Below are positions 14,853 through 28,050 of a stretch of 64,000 nucleotides of DNA, piece after piece (position 1 is the stretch's first letter; every line of letters starts with the position of its first letter). The notes under the pieces are model-generated. The model saw only the letters and a program-made list of their open reading frames with translations, was not told the DNA's origin and ran no database searches. Origin of the DNA: Oopsacas minuta (taxonomy: Eukaryota; Animalia; Porifera); contig JAKMXF010000295.1 of the NCBI GenBank assembly GCA_024704765.1, forward strand, positions 478,109-542,108, in the 5' to 3' direction. The position numbers and the translations under genes were made by a program.

Positions 14853-15155
14853 GGCTAGGTGACATTCTAGGCCACCCACTTATATGATAGCCGAATTGAA
14901 GATCCCAAAATGTACTTTGAACAACCCTACCACAACACAAAATTGCTTTATTAAACTTTTACCCTACTTTACCCAAACACTTATACAGAAGAACCTCCAT
15001 AAACAAGGGAGGTCTGGAATCTTTGAAGTTACCCATTCTCCAAATTGAATTTAATCTGAAAATATCCTTCAACCAGAGTCTATCGGCTCAATTTGTATAG
15101 CCACTTCCTCAAACAAATTATATTCAATTTGTATGTTTTCAAGTATCTCCTAAGG

Positions 15156-15789
15156 CAGAGGTGTTCAAACTTTTCAATTTACGGGTCACTATAAAAATTT
15201 GGCTCCGCCTCACGAGCCACAATTCATAGATTGCCTCTGAATTAGTTTAATACATTTTCAAGCTATACTATTTGACACCATATTGTATTAACAAGGATTC
15301 TACTTGTAAATTCAGGTTATTGACTTAAATTATAATCTTTTAAATGAATTCGGATCATTCGATGCCACTTATGAACTCAGCTTGTTTTGTATCAAGTAGA
15401 CAATAGTACTAAACCTAGATTTGGGTTATGCTATGTATTGTTCATGGTAGAATAACACTGCAGAAAATCTACCTAAACTTCGAAATTTAGCTAATGAGAG
15501 TGACGATATTGCTTGGATTTAACTAACAAATCAATATCTGATTCTATATCAGTCGTTAGTAGGACTCGCCATTACAATTTTGGTTCTGCCTCCTACGTTA
15601 TACTTGTGAAGCTCAATTAATGCATTCATCTAGGAACATTGATGCATTTGCAGAGTATCTATGATTATTTCTATATGGTGCTTAGAAAACACAATTACTA
15701 TCTGACGATTGAAGCACGTCAATCTATTGTATATATATGAAGAATTAAATCAAGCAAATTATCCGCAGGCCATCGTTGGAGTACCCTTG
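15156..15789 (+). mobile_element. Non-autonomous hAT (Buster-type) deletion derivative, 634 bp
   Basis: The ends are CAGAGGTGTTCAAACT and (reverse complement) CAAGGGTACTCCAACG, only 10/16. A perfect 8-bp TSD TCCTAAGG with central TA lies at 15148-15155 and 15790-15797. Confidence 0.8.
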
Positions 15790-16565
15790 TCCTAAGGATA
15801 TCGGTTGAATATATACAAAGAATTCTTTCTAAGAAACCCATAGATTTCAATTCATCATAGCTATAAATAAGTCTTTTTGAACAAATATGCACCAATGTAG
15901 ATAATTCTACTAGAAAATTTCACGTAGAATTACCCATTTATATGGGTACATTTCAACGTTGGTAGGTAATGTTAATCTAAAGGCATCTCCATTCCCCACG
16001 ACCCACTTATAGATGTTCAATTCATTGGAATTGAACGAAAGTGTACCAAATATGCCGCGAGTATATAGTTTGCATTATTTCGTATTCTTCGAATATTACG
16101 AGTAATACGGGTTAGTGCGAACTATGTACTCAAATTCTTTATAGCTTCTCGTCCAGGGACAACACCCCTGGATCCTACTAGGGGCTTTCAGCGTCCTTCA
16201 GACCACCAACTGGTTGATTATCCCCCACCAGAAAATTTCTGGATCCAAAATAACACTTATTATATTACACAAGTATTACGTATATCTTGCTTACAAAGAA
16301 ATAGTTATGCTAATCAATCTCCCTCATTTATAAGCTCCGAAGTGATAATATATTACTACAATACGAATTGGCATTTTTGCAATCGGTCACTGCAAATATG
16401 CTATATAATTTTGCTAAGACACCTTCATAGTATCCTCATGTTGGTTTAGCTACACCGTTTTATTCACCTGTCCAAGAGGATATTGGTGATAGAATAGCAA
16501 TATCGTTGTTCAGTCGGCCTCAATTCCATCTTCGTATATTTTAATGATTCATCTTTTTTTGTTAG

Positions 16566-16816
16566 ATGCCAGAGGATTATGTGGAGAGACAAAAAGTCGA
16601 GTTAGTCATCTGCAACAAGACACTCTTGTATCCTTGGAAAATTATATAGTTGAACATTATGCAACTCAGGTTAGTCGTTTGGGAAGGATCCTTCTTCGGC
16701 TACCCGCTCTAAGAGATATCACTACTGAAGTTCATTCTTATTTGATGAAACAAAATTCTTCAGGGCAATCCAAAATTGATCCTTTTCTATTAGATATGGC
16801 AAACCAAACTGTTTGA
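16566..16816 (+). CDS. Terminal exon of a nuclear receptor (NR2-type, RXR/HNF4/COUP-like ligand-binding domain, helices 9-12)
   Basis: A polypyrimidine tract and TTAG acceptor end at 16565. The exon reads (D)ARGL..[53 protein letters not shown], matching the remembered RXR pattern DSKGL..[42 protein letters not shown]. Upstream exons were not identified. Confidence 0.85.
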
Positions 16817-17528
16817 AGTGAAATTTCCGTTCAATTCATTCTAATAAATATGCTTGTTTGAAGAAAATCAATTTACAGCCTTTCCTTTCAGCCATGATAC
16901 CATACATATATGTGTGTATATATATATATTAATGTATATGTCGAGGTATGCACTTAAATATATATATATTTATACATCATCTATATGTATATGTATTTGT
17001 AAAAAAGATATAGATATATATTTACAGATATTATACCCTGCTATTTTCTAAAATTGTTCTGCAATGAATTCGTGTTTTTTTATGAAATCGGGTAAAAGTA
17101 CTCACTACACCACTTCAACATTGTTCAAGTAATTCATCTAGTAAATCTGTACATGTTTTCTTTTCATTTTATATTTTATAACTTTTGTAGAATTTATATA
17201 CATATTTTGCTAGTAGCTAATATGTAAATAATTTGATTTCATGTTTGTATTTCTGTACATTTCATTGTTGTTATTTATTTATCAATTTTTATTTTCTAAT
17301 TATGGGTCTAATATTTGTCAGGTGGCAGAGGAAAGTTCGTAAACATACTATGTAATTTTGGAATACCTTATTCTATGGATAATATTGATGTACCCCGTTA
17401 AATCGCAGCTTAAGGGACCGCGATAAGTCTTCAGTCTTCAATATCAGCGGAGCTCGATATAACGGATGACTTTTATGTTGCTTTGGCCATTGGGACCATA
17501 TTCGAATAATTTCAGAAATATTTGTATA

Positions 17529-18829
17529 TAAGGTTAGGCATAAGTTTTGCAACAAGTATAAATTAGTATATTTCTTATCTCACCATAATCGTAGTTGAAA
17601 TTCGTAATGAATTAGTAAATATGCATACTAAGGATACGAAATAAATCTAGCTCTTCGAATGTAATGCCTTCTGCTGTGATATTTAGGCTCAATCGCTTGA
17701 AGAAATCATCATCAGCAGCACGCAACACGTCCTCACTGATTAAATCTCCTTCTCTTCTCAAGGAAAACTTCAGACTTTCGACATTCTTGTGTGGCTTTGC
17801 ACATACCCTGGACTCTAAGATGGACCATATACAGAAATTCATAGGATTTAGATCTGGAGAGGAGGCCAGCCATTCTTCAGTTGATATAAATTCCGGTACA
17901 TTGAGTTTCAACGACTCAGATGTCATTTTGGCTTTGTGGGAGGGAGCGGAATCTTGCTGGAACACCCAATGCGCGCCATTGAAGTGCTCACCAGCCCAAG
18001 GCTTCAATGTGTTCTCTAAAATGCTCTCTACATACACCTCTTTGTTAATTTTCACCCCTTTGTCAATGAACACCAGAGGTGTCCGACCATCAGAAGTAAT
18101 AGCTCCCCAAACCATGACCGATGCAGGTTTCTGAGTTCTTTCGATTGTGCGTATTGATGACGATATAGACTTTTGATCAGGAGCAAGAATTCGACTGTTT
18201 TGGTGATTATATTACCATTTCTACGGTCAAAATCTTCTCATCGGAGAAGACAATACTCTGGTGCGTGCCACCAGTGAACCTTTTCTCCGAATCAGACATT
18301 TTTCATACCTACGCCTCTTATTCACCTCAGAAAGTTACTGTACCTCTCGAAATTTGTAGCATTTCAAGCCTAAATTCTCTTTTACTATCCTCCCCATACT
18401 TCTGGTTGAAATATTGAAGTCTTTTGCCATGCTTTGGATGCTTCTGACAGGATTCTTCCTGACCCTCTCCCGGATGAGCTTCCTAACAGCGGGAGTACAA
18501 ATAGAACGAGGTCTACCTTTTCTGAGCCTGACCTGGGTACTGCCAGTCTCCTTGTAACGTTTGGTCGTATGATGGACTAACAATCTGTTTATGGACAGTA
18601 TTTTGATATTATGGAAGCTGACTTGCCTCCATTATGATACAAGATTAGTAATGACCGTTTTGTTTCTTTGTCTATAAATCAACAAAATTTTTCTAGTAGG
18701 ACTCATTACTCTAAATATTGTTGAAAATGATATTGAAGATAATATATGATAAAAAAATATTCACCTAAAACAATTCGCAGAACCTCTAGCTTAATTTAAA
18801 TTGTGTTGAAGAACTCACGCCTGACCCTG
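17529..18829 (-). mobile_element. DD37D (maT)-like element, decayed, 1301 bp
   Basis: The intact TIR CAGGGTCAGGCGTGAGTTCTTCAAC ends at 18829, and a degenerate copy (18/25) starts at 17529; both have TA flanks. ORF pieces are at 18335-18583 (HTH region) and 17612-18115, with QQDSAP..SSPDLNPMN giving 37 residues and a final D changed to N. Confidence 0.88.
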
Positions 18830-18941
18830 TAATTTGAATATATCCCTGTATATGTATTGTTATTTAATATCTTTATTGTACTTCTTGCAGTTTCAGAAAT
18901 TTGAATTATAATAACGCAAAAAATCTGAATATTCACAAGTA

Positions 18942-20244
18942 CCAGGTTGTCCAAAAAGTTCGCGGAATTGCAAATATATTTTATTTATCAATGATCATAC
19001 TCAACTAATCATTGTTCATAGTTTTCAATAAATTCGCCCTAACCTCGATACATTTCTTCCATTTGATGGTAGTTTATTTATTCCTGTGGTGAATTTTTCA
19101 GGGATACCTTGAATCCATGAATTTACAGCGGACCTAAGGTGCTCAAAATCGCTGAAACGTTTACCTCTAAGTGGTCTTTTCATTTCTGAAAAAAGCCAGT
19201 AGTCTCTAGGCGCTAGATCTGGGCTGTATGGGGGATGTGGGAGTAATTCGAACCCTAAATGTTGAATTTCATCCAAAGTTCGCCTGCTGGTATGGGCTGG
19301 AGCATTATCATGCTGAAGCAAAACATGAGAACTCAACTTGCCACGCCTCTTAAACTTGATAGCTTCGCGCAATTTCTTCAGAACTTGAACATAGTATTCA
19401 GTATTTATTGCTACTTTGTTAGGTAACCAATCAATTATGATTATTCCCTTTGTGTCCCAAAAAACTGTTGCCATCCGTTTACCTGCTGATGCAACGGCTC
19501 TGGGTCTAATAGGAGTTGCTTCATGCCTACGCTTCCATTGACTCATCTGTAAACATGTCTTAGGCTCATAAAAATGTAACCAGGTCTCGTCCCCTGTGAC
19601 TAAACGATCAAAGAACCTTGGCTCCTTAGAAATCCGTAAGAGCTGGCGACAAACACGGACCCTTTCAATCCTTTGAGATTCAGATAACAATTTGGGGACC
19701 CAACGAGAAAGAACTCTCGACATTCCCAATTGTTCAGTTAGAATCTTATCAAGTATTGATTTTGACATCCCCAATTCTTCCTCTAACTGCCGCAGAGTCA
19801 CACGTCTATCTTTATCAAGAATGTTTGATATAATTTTGATATTTTCTTGGTTGGAACATGTTTTTCGGACGACCAGGTCTTGGGTTATCATCAACAGTTG
19901 AATGCCCATCATCAAATCTGTCAATCCATTAGTAAACCATCGATTTACCAGGGAATTTACTACCATAAACCTTTTCCATCTCTTAGAGAATCTCGCTTCC
20001 ACTTTTATTTTGTTTCCAGAGAAACCAAATGATATATCGTTTCCCATCTTCTGAGTTTTCCATTTTAGAAAAAATACGACAATCGTAAATGATGCTAAAA
20101 GAATACCTAAACCAAACTTTTTGATTACAAAAGTTAGGATAATTGAGATAAGGGATATTAGAATTAATCGAAACAATATGCTAATTGATAGTGTATATAA
20201 CACAAACTAGGGATAAAATTCCGCGAACCTTTTGGACAACCTAG
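18942..20244 (-). mobile_element. Mariner (DD34D) element, 1303 bp
   Basis: The 28-bp TIRs C(C/T)AGGTTGTCCAAAA(A/G)GTTCGCGGAATT match at 26/28 and have TA flanks. Confidence 0.95.
19025..20063 (-). pseudogene. Mariner transposase pseudogene
   Basis: The true N-terminus starts at ATG 20063 (MENSEDGKRYIIWFLWK..EIL*EMEKVYG..VY*WIDRF..DNPRPGRP) with two stops and a frameshift. The listed ORF carries WVPKLL, TGDETW, HDNAPAH-34 residues-YSPDLAPRD. Confidence 0.92.
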
Positions 20245-22973
20245 TATATGCATGTGGACAGTGGAACTCGAATAAGGCTTAACCCTTCGGGAATCGGGAC
20301 TCCATAATTATGTTCCTACTAGAAAGAAATATGTATGTTGAATGAAGACAATTTTTAATCAGAAAGAAATAGTTCATATTTAAGTGAGTGCAACTTTTGT
20401 TCGGACGCCTTATTTGAGTTCTACAATAGTGGAACTCAGATAAGAACTACTAGAATATAACGTACAAATACAGTCGGTAATTCCACAGCAGACAATATTG
20501 AATTTACCAACCTTCGGTTTGCTTGAACCTTGCACATTTATAGTACCTTGTCTATAATATACTAGATTTACAGTTCAATCCTTTGATAATCTGCCAAGAA
20601 ATTACTAAGTTAATTTTCTGTTCGCCCGATGAAGTCTCAAATTGTCTTTAGAAATGTCTCATCTATATGAAGGTCGCTATTTTTCAGTTTTACATTTTTC
20701 CACATGAAAGATGAATTTTCCTTGACTTATTCGAAATATCCCAGAATACTCCACTTTCGCACTGTTGATTTTTTATTGTGATCACGATTCTACTGTATAG
20801 TACACCACTAAATGAGTGCCTTCATATGTATTTCGTCAAGTACGTGAATACTGCCATTGCATAATAGATTAATGACTCGAAATTTAGATAATTCTAGTGC
20901 GTGAGTGGGTGATTCCTTGATTCTATTTGATTATATTTTTCTTACAAAGATATTTCAAATTATAAATATCGAGGTTTTGCTCTTGATTTAAATTCCGTCT
21001 AGTTTGGACATATACGATAGAGACATTCTATTACATATTTTATCATAATTTTCTATCTTTGTTCTATGAGCCATTATTTTGATTTATCTTATTCGATATA
21101 TTTCTATTAGCTTTAGGATGTGAGTGAAATATTTCCGTCGCATTATTTTCTTATTTTCCCTTACCTACTACTGTATTTCTCACTCTATTTTCCGACTCAG
21201 GCACTTCTACCTCACCCAATCAGTTATTTTTCGGGTACTCAATTATACTAGATGTGCAACTGTGCATACAACTAATTGGCTGAGCTCGCATGGATTGAGT
21301 GAGAAATACAATATATTATATACACAGTAGGCACTAATGTGGAATTAACCATGTAATTTCAATCCTTGTGAATGTAATTGTGTGTCTATTGTAAATTGGT
21401 AGTGAAATATCAATTGGAAGCATCAAATGAAATTACGAGTCGAATTTTATGTAGTTTGGCATGACTTTAGGGCAATTTATCTAATATGATATTGATAGTT
21501 TGATAATTTATTTATATTGGTCACCCATGATTTTAAAGTAAAATGAAAATATGGTGAATTTTTCGAAAAATCCTATTTACTGGGTATGTCAGAACGAAGT
21601 GGCTAAGAATATTATTGTGTAAGATAAAGAAAGTGATCGAAATCGTTAAAATATAAACCCATGGGGAAATTTCGTTTTGCGTGGTATTGTCTGCATCTAA
21701 ACATCCCAAATAAAAACTAAATCGTTGAAATTGTAAATTGCCTCGCTGACCTGATAAAGGTATGCTGAATATACAGAATCGAATTGAAGACACTCTGAAC
21801 AATTCCGCTACAAATTTGATAAATATTTAGCACATTCTTTCCGAAACTAATGAAATAAATTAATTATTTTGAAAACCTTCAGAATAGTATTTGAATATTA
21901 AGTGACGACTACAGTTCACATGAATTGATATATGACCCCAGTCTCGCTCTCTCGGCCTCTGGGAAAATAGCTTAAATTCAAGCTATTTTGCTAGCTATAA
22001 TTCTAATGATTAATATATTTAGGAGGGGAGGGAAAACTGTTTCTGAGTAAATTGTCAAAAAGGTTGCGCCGAACCAAACTAAAATCCTTGGGATTTTTGG
22101 TAGAAAATTCATGCTATAAGAGTTCTGAAAGACTTTTGTTTGTTGACTCATTCATCAAATGTATGTACAATGAAATACTAAGTGAAACTTGCAATTACTA
22201 GACTTGAATCTTAAGCATTTCCAAATTTGATTAATGTGGTTCTTGAAATACATAGTGGTAATTTAGACAGGATTTTAGTCCTTTAGGATTGGATAATTCA
22301 AATACTTTACCAAATAAGACTTCACAAATTTGATTCTAATGTTTCAGATTATGAGAAATACAATTAAAAATTGAATTTTTTGGATATATACATTAATGAA
22401 AAGGGATTACTTATATGTCTGCGGCCGACATAAAGGAGAAGGACTATATAAGGATTTATAAGGAACAAATAATGATTATTATAAGGAATGTTATATTGCT
22501 ACACTAGAGAAAGTATCTACATATATGTGCATATCTCTAATGAAACTATTACACTGTGACAAAGTACCAAATTTTCATTTGAATTAATCTGTATTCCTTT
22601 TCTTCTTCCCAACATCGTTCAAGCTCCATTTCCTTTTATTAGAAGGGCGCCCTTTGGATCGAACACGTCTAGGATTGAGGATTGTTGCGATATTTGGAAT
22701 AATTACTCCACTTTACTGTGGTATAGATCTTAGCAATAGGTCCATTTCGGCTAATTACCTCTCATAAGCGAATATTGAATAGTTAAATGTAGCAAGATGA
22801 GCAATGTTTTTATATTCTGTTGTTAGCATGTTATACCTTTCGACTTTCGTTAGGATAGGAATATTTTGATCATACTTTTCTTGTAACTCTATCACATTGT
22901 GACTACCAATACAGCTGTGGGGTTTACAATTGTGTTCTGCTTGATTCTCTATCTATTATGAGACGATATATTA

Positions 22974-24279
22974 CAGGGTGGCTGCTAAGTTCTGATACAA
23001 AGGATTTTCTCCATTATAGTTTTACAACTTGGAATATAATGTTAATATTGCATATACGACTATTTACTACTGTTATGATTCAATTACTAAAATAGTTATT
23101 CTATATCCTCTTTTTTTGGATATTACAGCCATGAGTCTGGTAGGGAAACTTTCCACTGCGGCTCGCAGGGTTTCCTGGGGTATTTTCTCCCATTCGCGAC
23201 ACAAATACTTTTTCAGAGACTTCATAGTGCTGTGCGAAACCGAATAAGACCTTTTCTCCAAGATGAACCAAAGATAATAGTCCATTGGATTTAAATCAGG
23301 ACTATATGGAGGCCATTCTTCCTTTTGGATACAATCGGGGATTTGCCCTCTAACAGTCCTGTGTGGTAATCGCCGTATGAGCAGGAGCACCATCTTGTTG
23401 GAAAACAAATGGCTGTGCGGAAAACATTGTCTGGCTCGGATCTTTTACAACAGGCTCTAGGATCAAGTCCTTGTAAGTTTTCGCGCTGATTTTCACTCCA
23501 GCAGGTACGAAAATCAATGGCGTGCGGCCAACAGCAGAGACACCAGCGCAAATCATCACTGAGAGAGGTTTCATTTTCCGACTGATGTACCTAAACTTAT
23601 CAGGGATCTCTGAGATAGCTGTAGAGATCACACGATCATTTTGAACATTCGTAGCCTCAGCTATAGTGAAAATCTTTTCATCTGTAAAGATGATATTTTC
23701 GAGTCCGCCGGTAGCGTTCTTGCAAGTAACGCCTTGCTTCTCAACAATCGTTTTGTTTTGACTAACTCTGAGAGGAAGTGTACTTTCTTTCTTTTAAAAC
23801 AACGCATTTTCAAGTCACGGTGTACCACTTTATGGACAGTTTGACGTGCAACTTTCAACTCCTTGGCCATTTTCCTCATGGATAACCGTGGATTTCGCCG
23901 AATCCTTTCTCTCACCCTCTTCTTGAGGGCTGCCGTTCTCACAGAACAAGGACGACCAGATCTTGGTTTGTCGTTCGTGTCCCCAATATCATTGTAACGT
24001 TTTATTGTCCTGTAGATGAATGCTCTTCGTCCTTTAGCAATATTTAAATTTTCAAATCTCAGGAGGGCTTTTTCCTGCCTTGTATAATTCAACAATTACT
24101 GACCTCTCATGACTCATGGTTAATTGTATAAATCTTTGTGAAAAATGTAGGCTAAATCGAATTTGAATGCATTAAGAAGGTTGTATGAAAAGTCTTAGAT
24201 AGTCAAATTACTGTAAATACATTACGATCAAGGTTATATTGTAATTGAATTTTTGTATCAGAACTTAGCAGCCACCCTG
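22974..24279 (-). mobile_element. DD37D (maT)-like element, 1306 bp, frameshifted transposase
   Basis: The 28-bp TIRs CAGGGTGGCTGCTAAGTTCTGATACAAA are perfect and have TA flanks. ATG 24117 starts MSHERSVIVELYKAG; further pieces include RSGRPCSVRT, QQDGAPAH and WPPYSPDLNPMDY. Confidence 0.95.
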
Positions 24280-24669
24280 TAATAGGTGAAAGAACAAAAG
24301 GACACAACGTTAATAATTTGGCGAGTCATTGCATAATTCTGATATAACCGAGTACGGTTGCAAAAATATCTGTGCTGTATCGAATTGCTACTTACCTTCC
24401 AGAAATCGACTATAGCTTTGTCGTGTATGTTCGTTATTTCTCGTGATGATAAACAATAAGCATGTAACGACATGGTAAACCCCATGATGATGGGAATAAG
24501 CATGTGCAAGATGTCAACTTTGTCTTACGGCTAGACTTAGCAAAAACCTTCGATAACCCAAGGTCCATAGATGTCAATTTCTCTTTGTTGGTACCTCCCG
24601 AAAATCCTTCTCTTTCAACTAGAATAAAGACAAAATACGATTAGAAATTACCATAAATTATTATACGTA

Positions 24670-25047
24670 CACTCGAACCTCTTATCTGGACTCCGATATC
24701 GGGCACCATTTTCCAAAAGGATTGAAATTGATTCAACCATTTTCCATTTTCAGTAAATATTCCTTATAGTGGAGCTGTTGTACTCGTATTTCATATCTAA
24801 CACGTTTCTTTGTAACTAAAAACCGTCACAACAGCTATATCCGTCCATATCGATATTTATCCTATTGATTATAATTGGATCCAGAGTTAGAATCGGGATC
24901 GGGTTTCTCGGGTACGGTTCTGAAAAGTGGACCCGATTCCAACTGATTGGCCCTCCCATAGAGTTAATGTTATTTCTCAGATTCGGGCAAACTCTGACTT
25001 CCGGCACCCTACGGTCCGGCACTACCCGGATAAGAGAGGTTCGAGTG
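24670..25047. mobile_element. pogo/Tigger-like MITE, 378 bp
   Basis: The TIR CACTCGAACCTCT..TTATC lies at 24670 and its reverse complement GATAAGAGAGGTTCGAGTG ends at 25047. TA flanks both sides and there is no coding capacity. Confidence 0.8.
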
Positions 25048-25101
25048 TACTATATTATTACAACTTCTTCCTTACCTGAGTCTCTGACAATAGAGTTAAC
25101 T

Positions 25102-25446
25102 TCATAAATCTTTTCCTTCGCCAACGTTAAATATGGCATCAACACTATATTGCATGCACTGATCAATTTGTGCCTTCACAATCGCGAGTGCAAATGGTGT
25201 TAACTTAAGGTTTCGTTCTATCGGATGTTTAGATGAGTATGTAGCCATTTTAAGCGCTAACCGGGTTGCACGTCCTTCAATTTGTCCTGAAAGGGAAAGG
25301 GTCTTCCTATTTTCATCAATTTTATTCGCGAGATGTGTAAGAGTATGTGCATTTAAAAACTGTTGATCGTTGAGTGAATGGATTCTGAGCGTTGTGTGGC
25401 ATGAGCACTCAACGTGAGGTGTTGCCAGGTCCATCGTGATGGCCAT
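25102..25446 (-). CDS. Hypothetical 114-aa protein, family not recognised
   Basis: An uninterrupted ATG-to-stop ORF with a protein-like composition in a background where most ORFs are under 90 aa. No motif was recognised. Confidence 0.3.
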   Translation of the reverse strand: MAITMDLATPHVECSCHTTLRIHSLNDQQFLNAHTLTHLANKIDENRKTLSLSGQIEGRATRLALKMATYSSKHPIERNLKLTPFALAIVKAQIDQCMQYSVDAIFNVGEGKDL

Positions 25447-26901
25447 TGAATTCTCTTGTCATATAATACACGTAAAAAAAGTTGAAATAATGGAATCATT
25501 TCAGTTGGATGTTCGATTTCATTGTATCCAGTTAGAGAACATGAATTAAAATCGAGGAAATAATTTTGTGAAGCTATAGCTGCAAAATATTCATCGGGTG
25601 ATCGCCTGGTTCACCCACGATAAATACCTACGTGGTTTAATTCGCACAAATGTAATAAATATTATCCGTAGATGGAAGGACTGAGTTACTGTGTCTCAAT
25701 CAGAAAATGACCCTTTTGAACACGAAATTCAACCAAATTTGTTCAAAAATTGCCAAATTTCAGCTTTTCGGACTCAAAAATCTCCAAAAAGGCTTAGGCC
25801 GTATACAGTTTTAATTAATTAAGTATAATACGTGAAACTTGTTAATTTGGGGCATATTAGTAGACGTACAAAATCGCTAAACTATGATAAAAAGTGGGTC
25901 CTTCAAAGTTGTCGGAACAAAATCTATCATATTAATTAAAATACGTGCAACAATATTTTCATACCTTTGTATGTTTGTATTACACGTTTTCCCCTTCAGG
26001 ATTACAACGATTTTGATTAATACGAATTATTATGCATATATGGAGAAATTCGAGGCAATTTATACGAAGTTAGAAAAATTCCTTATATGTCGGCTAGTCG
26101 ACATAAAAGTAATCCCTAATGTAAATGTTTTATCTCCCACTAGTTACCCACAGAGTATTACTCGTTGAATATGCTATAGGATAATATAATGATTATCCTC
26201 CCTATGGGGCGAAGAATCTCTGAACTGGTTCAAACACTAGGTATCACAAAAGTTGAAAACTCACTGTCTCCTTGCAAGCGTTAAGTAAATTTTTCTGATT
26301 TTTGCGTTTAAATATCTTTTATACAATTTATTAATTAGATAATATAATATTGTCATATATTTTCAGTTATTGCAAATTTGAAATATTGCCTATATCCGTA
26401 TTTTTGGCATCAACAATCCCACTTCGTTGAGATTTGTGAAACATTTTTCTCTTGACAACAATAATATAGTAGAATAAAACCTCTATAATTGGGAAGATCC
26501 GTCTGCGAGTCTCCCATAATTCCCAGTCCCAATCTATACTTTCTAATGCGAATTGAATTTATCCAGACTCTATAGTCAAGTATAGCCACTTCCTCGAACT
26601 ACTGTTTTTCAATGATAACACAGGCCTACACTTTTTAGTTGTGTTGATTTTGTCAACTGATATATAGTAATTCTGTGTTGCTGATTCCGATTATTTACTC
26701 AGTTTCTCCCTAATACGTCAAGTTATCTCACAATCCTATTACTACATTTATAGAACAAAATTGGTTTCAACCCTTATATGTTAGATTAGATCAATGAAAT
26801 TTCTGAAAATATCAATATTTCATTGACTAAGAATAATGATATAATTGTTACTAATATGAATGGATGAAAGTAATACTATAAACATGTAATATGAGCACTA
26901 T

Positions 26902-28050
26902 TCAATCTAAAAACTTTCTCTTGTTTGACTTTCTTGAATGTTGTTCGTTAGAACAATCTCTTTTTAGGCACCAACAGTAATCTGCCATCATATGTGTGTC
27001 CCATCTTCCTTGATTTCGCTGTTCCATCACTTTTATGTCTTGATGGAATCGTTCACCTTGTTCTTCACTCATATCACCTAGATTATCCGGAAATCTATCA
27101 AGATAGTCTCTCAAATAATGAATTTTAATACTCGTATTACAGCCAAGAGCATGATAACTGTCGACTAACTCTGTGACTAGTTCTTTGTAGTTGGATGCCT
27201 TTTTATTACCAAGGAAATTCGAAACGACAATAGAGAAAGCCTGCCACGCTCTCTTCTCTTCCTCGTTCATTGAATCTTTGAAACTGTTATCCTAAGTAAC
27301 TTCGAATCTGTGGACCTTCAAATTTCCCTGCCTTTTTCTTCTCTTCACTGATTTCTGGAAAATAATTTCGGATATACTTGAAACAATATCTGTCTTTATC
27401 CAGTACTTTGATGAATTGCTTCATTAAACCAAGCTTAATGTGGAGAGGTAGAATTATTTTATTTGTATGTACCAGAGAGTTATTAATTATATTTTTGTCC
27501 CAACTTTCAAACATTCTCTCGGAGACCACTTTTCCCTTATCCAATGCTGGTTCCTATCTCTACTGTCTCAATATCAAAGGAAACAGGGGTACTTAGTGAA
27601 CCCAGATTGTTGTCCTAATAGAAAGTCGACCATTTTGAGATCAACACAGATGACCCAATCATGTGCAGAGTAGTTAATAATCTCTAATATCTCTTTCACA
27701 TTATTGTACTCCTCTTTGAGTTTAACTGAATATCCTATAGGAATTGAACCGAATATATTTCCATTATGGAGTAGTACACATTTCAGACTCCTTTTGGAGC
27801 TCTCAATAAACAGCCTCCAGTCACTTGGATTGTAGTTCGGAATTCCCATTGCCAGTAGAAGATCCTCAATATTTGGACAAACAACCAAACCATTCTTTTC
27901 GCAGAAATACTGTTGAAACTCTTGCTCCCTGTAACGGTATATTGTTACCTTTGTTCCTTGATGGAGTAGATTATTTTCTTTCAATCTAGATGCAAGCAAC
28001 TCAGAAGATTCTTTCGAGAGGTCAAGGTCACGAATTAAATCATTCAATTC
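26902..28050 (-). pseudogene. Chapaev3-like transposase, frameshifted, N-terminus lost in the gap
   Basis: Three collinear fragments at 27574-28047, 27287-27544 and 26902-27270 lie in different frames. Confidence 0.82.

Noticed and set aside
13156-18134. Plus-strand ORFs of 84-156 aa opposite the Buster and DD37D transposases
   Set aside because: They are antisense shadows of coding sequence with no independent motifs.
20064-20203. Apparent hydrophobic N-terminal extension on the 392-aa mariner ORF (a possible membrane-anchored or domesticated transposase)
   Set aside because: The real transposase N-terminus is in another frame from ATG 20063, with stops. The extension is element 5' non-coding sequence that is open by chance after a frameshift.
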